Origin: a plasmid
Direction: 5' to 3' (one strand)
DNA length: 64,000 bases
Sequence record: NZ_CP086424.1
The translations under genes and the position numbers were made by a program. The notes below the pieces were generated by a model that ran no database searches, was not told the DNA's origin, and saw nothing but the letters and a program-made list of their open reading frames with translations. Positions 61,703 through 64,000 of this stretch are shown piece by piece. How positions within the stretch are numbered: the stretch's first letter is position 1; the number at the start of each line of letters is the position of its first letter.

Positions 61703-62686
61703 TCAGCCGCAGAACCAGAAGCCCCTGGCATTGGATGCCACGGATTCGTTGGGCAGTACGATCCTGCTCTTAGGGAAAAGCTCCTTGGCCGCATCTTGGT
61801 AAGCCTCGGCACCGCCGCCAGCCAGCAGAACTACGTCAGCATCCATCCCGTCCTCACGCATTGACTTCCGCATAGGGATCAAGGCGTTTTGAGCGACTTT
61901 GGTTGAGGCTTTCTTGAAGTAGTCTTTGATCGATACCTTTTCACCGTAGAGGAAGATTTCGGCCTTACCGGCACGAATAGCTTTCTCGATCTTTTCGATG
62001 CCAGGGGCACCGCCGTGGTCTTCCTGAATTAGCCGGTCCGTTTCCTGTAGCAACACCGACATCGCCTTGAGGCTGGTGCCAGATGAGTGATAGCGGACCT
62101 CTCCCTCTTCAAGAGCTACCCAGTCTACAGAAAAGAACCCAGGGTCAATTACAACGGTTTTTCCTCCCTGGATAATCTCCAGGAGGTCTTCATCTTTGGT
62201 TGAACTTACAACATCCATGTAAGCACCGGCAGGTTGAGGTACAACCACGACAGACTTAACCGCTACCGATCGTTTTGGCGTGATCTGGTGTTCACCCTCA
62301 AGCCGAGATTTCAACGCCTCTCTGCGCTCTACGTCCATGTACTGACTAACAGGCAGGCCAGTCACCAGCACATCGATCTCCTTCTGCTCGGACATCAGGA
62401 GTGCAGCGTAGAAAAGAGCCTTGTATGGATTGGTCGAAGGATAGTCGCCGTGAAGCTCACGCTCCCATCCTTGCAATCGGTCAGGCTCGACGCCTGCAAC
62501 CCATTTCTCTCCATCAATCACAACCTGAATGCAGGTCCCTGCACCGCCAGTTAACTGTTGTGGCATCAGTTCCAATGGACCTGCCCCCACCGGCATGACG
62601 ACTGTGCGAGCTTCCTCACCTTTATACCCCATTGCCATTTTCAGGTTGGAGTAACCAATATCCAAACCCAGAACAAATTGACTCAT
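61703..62686 (-). CDS. parM: ParM/StbA-like actin-type plasmid segregation ATPase
   Basis: GGAGGA RBS. VLGLDIGYSNLK phosphate-1 motif, VIDPGFFSVDW and LAGGGAEAY actin-fold motifs. Confidence 0.8.
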   Translation of the reverse strand: MSQFVLGLDIGYSNLKMAMGYKGEEARTVVMPVGAGPLELMPQQLTGGAGTCIQVVIDGEKWVAGVEPDRLQGWERELHGDYPSTNPYKALFYAALLMSEQKEIDVLVTGLPVSQYMDVERREALKSRLEGEHQITPKRSVAVKSVVVVPQPAGAYMDVVSSTKDEDLLEIIQGGKTVVIDPGFFSVDWVALEEGEVRYHSSGTSLKAMSVLLQETDRLIQEDHGGAPGIEKIEKAIRAGKAEIFLYGEKVSIKDYFKKASTKVAQNALIPMRKSMREDGMDADVVLLAGGGAEAYQDAAKELFPKSRIVLPNESVASNARGFWFCG

Positions 62687-62698
62687 GAAATCCTCCAA

Positions 62699-63180
62699 AG
62701 ATTGCTTTTAGATTGCTTTTCGATTGCTTGCCGCGTGTTGGATAGAGAATAAGGCTAAAAGCGGGGACAGATGGCCTGTGTAATTGCCCAAAAGGGGCAT
62801 ATAGGTTGCTTTTCGGTGGCTTTTTGATCGTTGAGTAAGGGAACCTATGGGAACGCTGCACGGATAGGCTCAGATAAACAGACCTTACCCTCGCATCGAG
62901 AACCGCTTGCCCTCCAGCATCGAGAGACGGTGGTAAAGAGGCATTTGGAATCTTTGATGCCATATCCAATATATCTGGAATCTTTAAATATAGATTCATA
63001 TGTAAAGAGGCTGTGAAAGAATAAGAGCATCAAGATTCCAGATAGATAGAGGGAAATTTGACAAATTCCAAAGATGGGTTAGCCTAGTGACAGAACTAGA
63101 TTCCAGTATTGGAATAATCAGCTTTAAATTCCAGATAGATAGTTATGTGGATAGGAATTGGATAGGAATTGGGAGGGTAT
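62699..63180 (+). repeat. iteron-rich region upstream of parM: three GATTGCTT(TT) direct repeats, then repeated GGAATCTTT / GATTCCAGATAGATAG / GGATAGGAATTG units (candidate parC centromere and promoter)
   Basis: The repeats are visible at 62704-62736, 62943-62990, 63030-63050, 63125-63145 and 63150-63173. Confidence 0.55.
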
Positions 63181-63184
63181 TGAG

Positions 63185-63724
63185 GTGAGTCTACCAACAG
63201 AGCGATGGCTAGATCTGCTAGATCCGAAGCTCGAAGAAGAACGATCCGAGATAACAGAGGATCTGCTAGAGGCAGAGGGACGAGAGTTTGTTGCAGAGGT
63301 ACGGAGCAAACTGGATCACGCCTTAGCGGTTCTTGCTGTCGAGGCGCAGCAGGAAGCGGACATGTACTGGAACGCGCACAAATCAGCGCGTGAAGAAGCG
63401 TCAGAGGACGAACAAGGGCGTGTCGGTACACGGGTTCGCATTCTAGGCGTATCACTCGTTGCAGAGTGGTATCGCAACAGATTTGTCGAACAAGTTCCCG
63501 GACAAAAGAAAAGGGTTCTATCGACACATATCAAGAAGGGTCGCGGTCATGCCTACAGCATGTCGCACTTCAAGAAAGAGCCTGTCTGGGCACAAGAGTT
63601 GATCCAGCAAGTTGAAACCAGGTATGCCGTGTTAAGACAACGCGCCACTGCCTTAGCAAAAATTCGCCGGGCGCTAAACGAGTACGAGCGCCAGCTAAAC
63701 AAGACACATAGCGACGAGGTGTGA
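63185..63724 (+). CDS. hypothetical protein (about 180 aa; GTG start inferred)
   Basis: GGGAGGG RBS. Acidic/coiled-coil-like composition. Confidence 0.4.
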   Translation: MSLPTERWLDLLDPKLEEERSEITEDLLEAEGREFVAEVRSKLDHALAVLAVEAQQEADMYWNAHKSAREEASEDEQGRVGTRVRILGVSLVAEWYRNRFVEQVPGQKKRVLSTHIKKGRGHAYSMSHFKKEPVWAQELIQQVETRYAVLRQRATALAKIRRALNEYERQLNKTHSDEV

Positions 63725-63728
63725 CAAC

Positions 63729-64000
63729 ATGACAGCATCTGTAGCGGCCACTGAATTGGCGAAACTGGGGAAATGTGAAGCGATGATCAAGAAAGTCGCC
63801 AGCCATCCTCGCCCTGCCCTGTCAAAGCGCCCACAATCGCCACAGGGGACAGATAGCACCCTTCGGGGTGAGTTCGCTCATTTCCGATATGAAGCGGCAG
63901 CCCTGCGTTTTATGAGCGGCACTGCGGGGGCTAAGCGTCGCATCTACCAGCTAGTGTTTTCAGCGACGGTAGCAGCGGGAGCATTGACAATGCTGGCGGC
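63729..64000 (+). CDS. hypothetical protein, 5' part (runs off the window end)
   Basis: ATG at 63729 right after the previous stop. The open frame continues to the window end. Confidence 0.35.
   Translation, partial: MTASVAATELAKLGKCEAMIKKVASHPRPALSKRPQSPQGTDSTLRGEFAHFRYEAAALRFMSGTAGAKRRIYQLVFSATVAAGALTMLA

Overview
This window reads as a conjugative plasmid or ICE backbone of the IncA/IncC type that carries a 32.7-kb Tn21/Tn1696-hybrid mercury/multidrug-resistance transposon (positions 3351-36038).

Backbone: a primase-like gene and small ORFs sit on the left. On the right lie an Rhs/YD-repeat toxin with an immunity gene, a tyrosine recombinase, a DnaQ-like exonuclease, a Tus-like protein, KfrA, a UvrD-like helicase, traF-traH-traG, eex, a Ner-like gene, a lytic transglycosylase, an FlhD-like/FlhC-like pair with an H-NS-like gene, and a parM-like partition locus.

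Transposon: both 38-bp terminal IRs are split at the same position by inverted 1327-bp IS4321/IS5075-like elements (IS110 family). A 5-bp TTGTA target duplication flanks the transposon, and it interrupts a small membrane-protein gene. Its contents are merR (frameshifted), merTPCADE, urf2, IRt, tniA, tniB-delta, orf5, sul1, and then a complex class 1 integron. That integron has a truncated qacEdelta1, a 7.9-kb ISCR1 variable region, ISCR1 (orf513), sul1, qacEdelta1, the cassette array dfrA16-like / arr-2-like / cmlA / blaOXA-10 / aadA1 (with a premature TAG), attI1, intI1 and IRi, followed by res, tnpR and tnpA.

The most unusual content is the ISCR1 variable region. It carries a qnrA-family pentapeptide-repeat gene together with a truncated IS10, an rtcB-prfH ribosome repair/rescue pair, an HNH endonuclease and transporter/methyltransferase genes. 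Several regulatory repeats were also seen, including a recurrent TTTCACATGTGAAA palindrome, iteron clusters, and a 16-bp inverted-repeat-flanked CT-rich element.

All calls rest on reading the translated ORFs and on sequence motifs recalled from memory. No database search was run.
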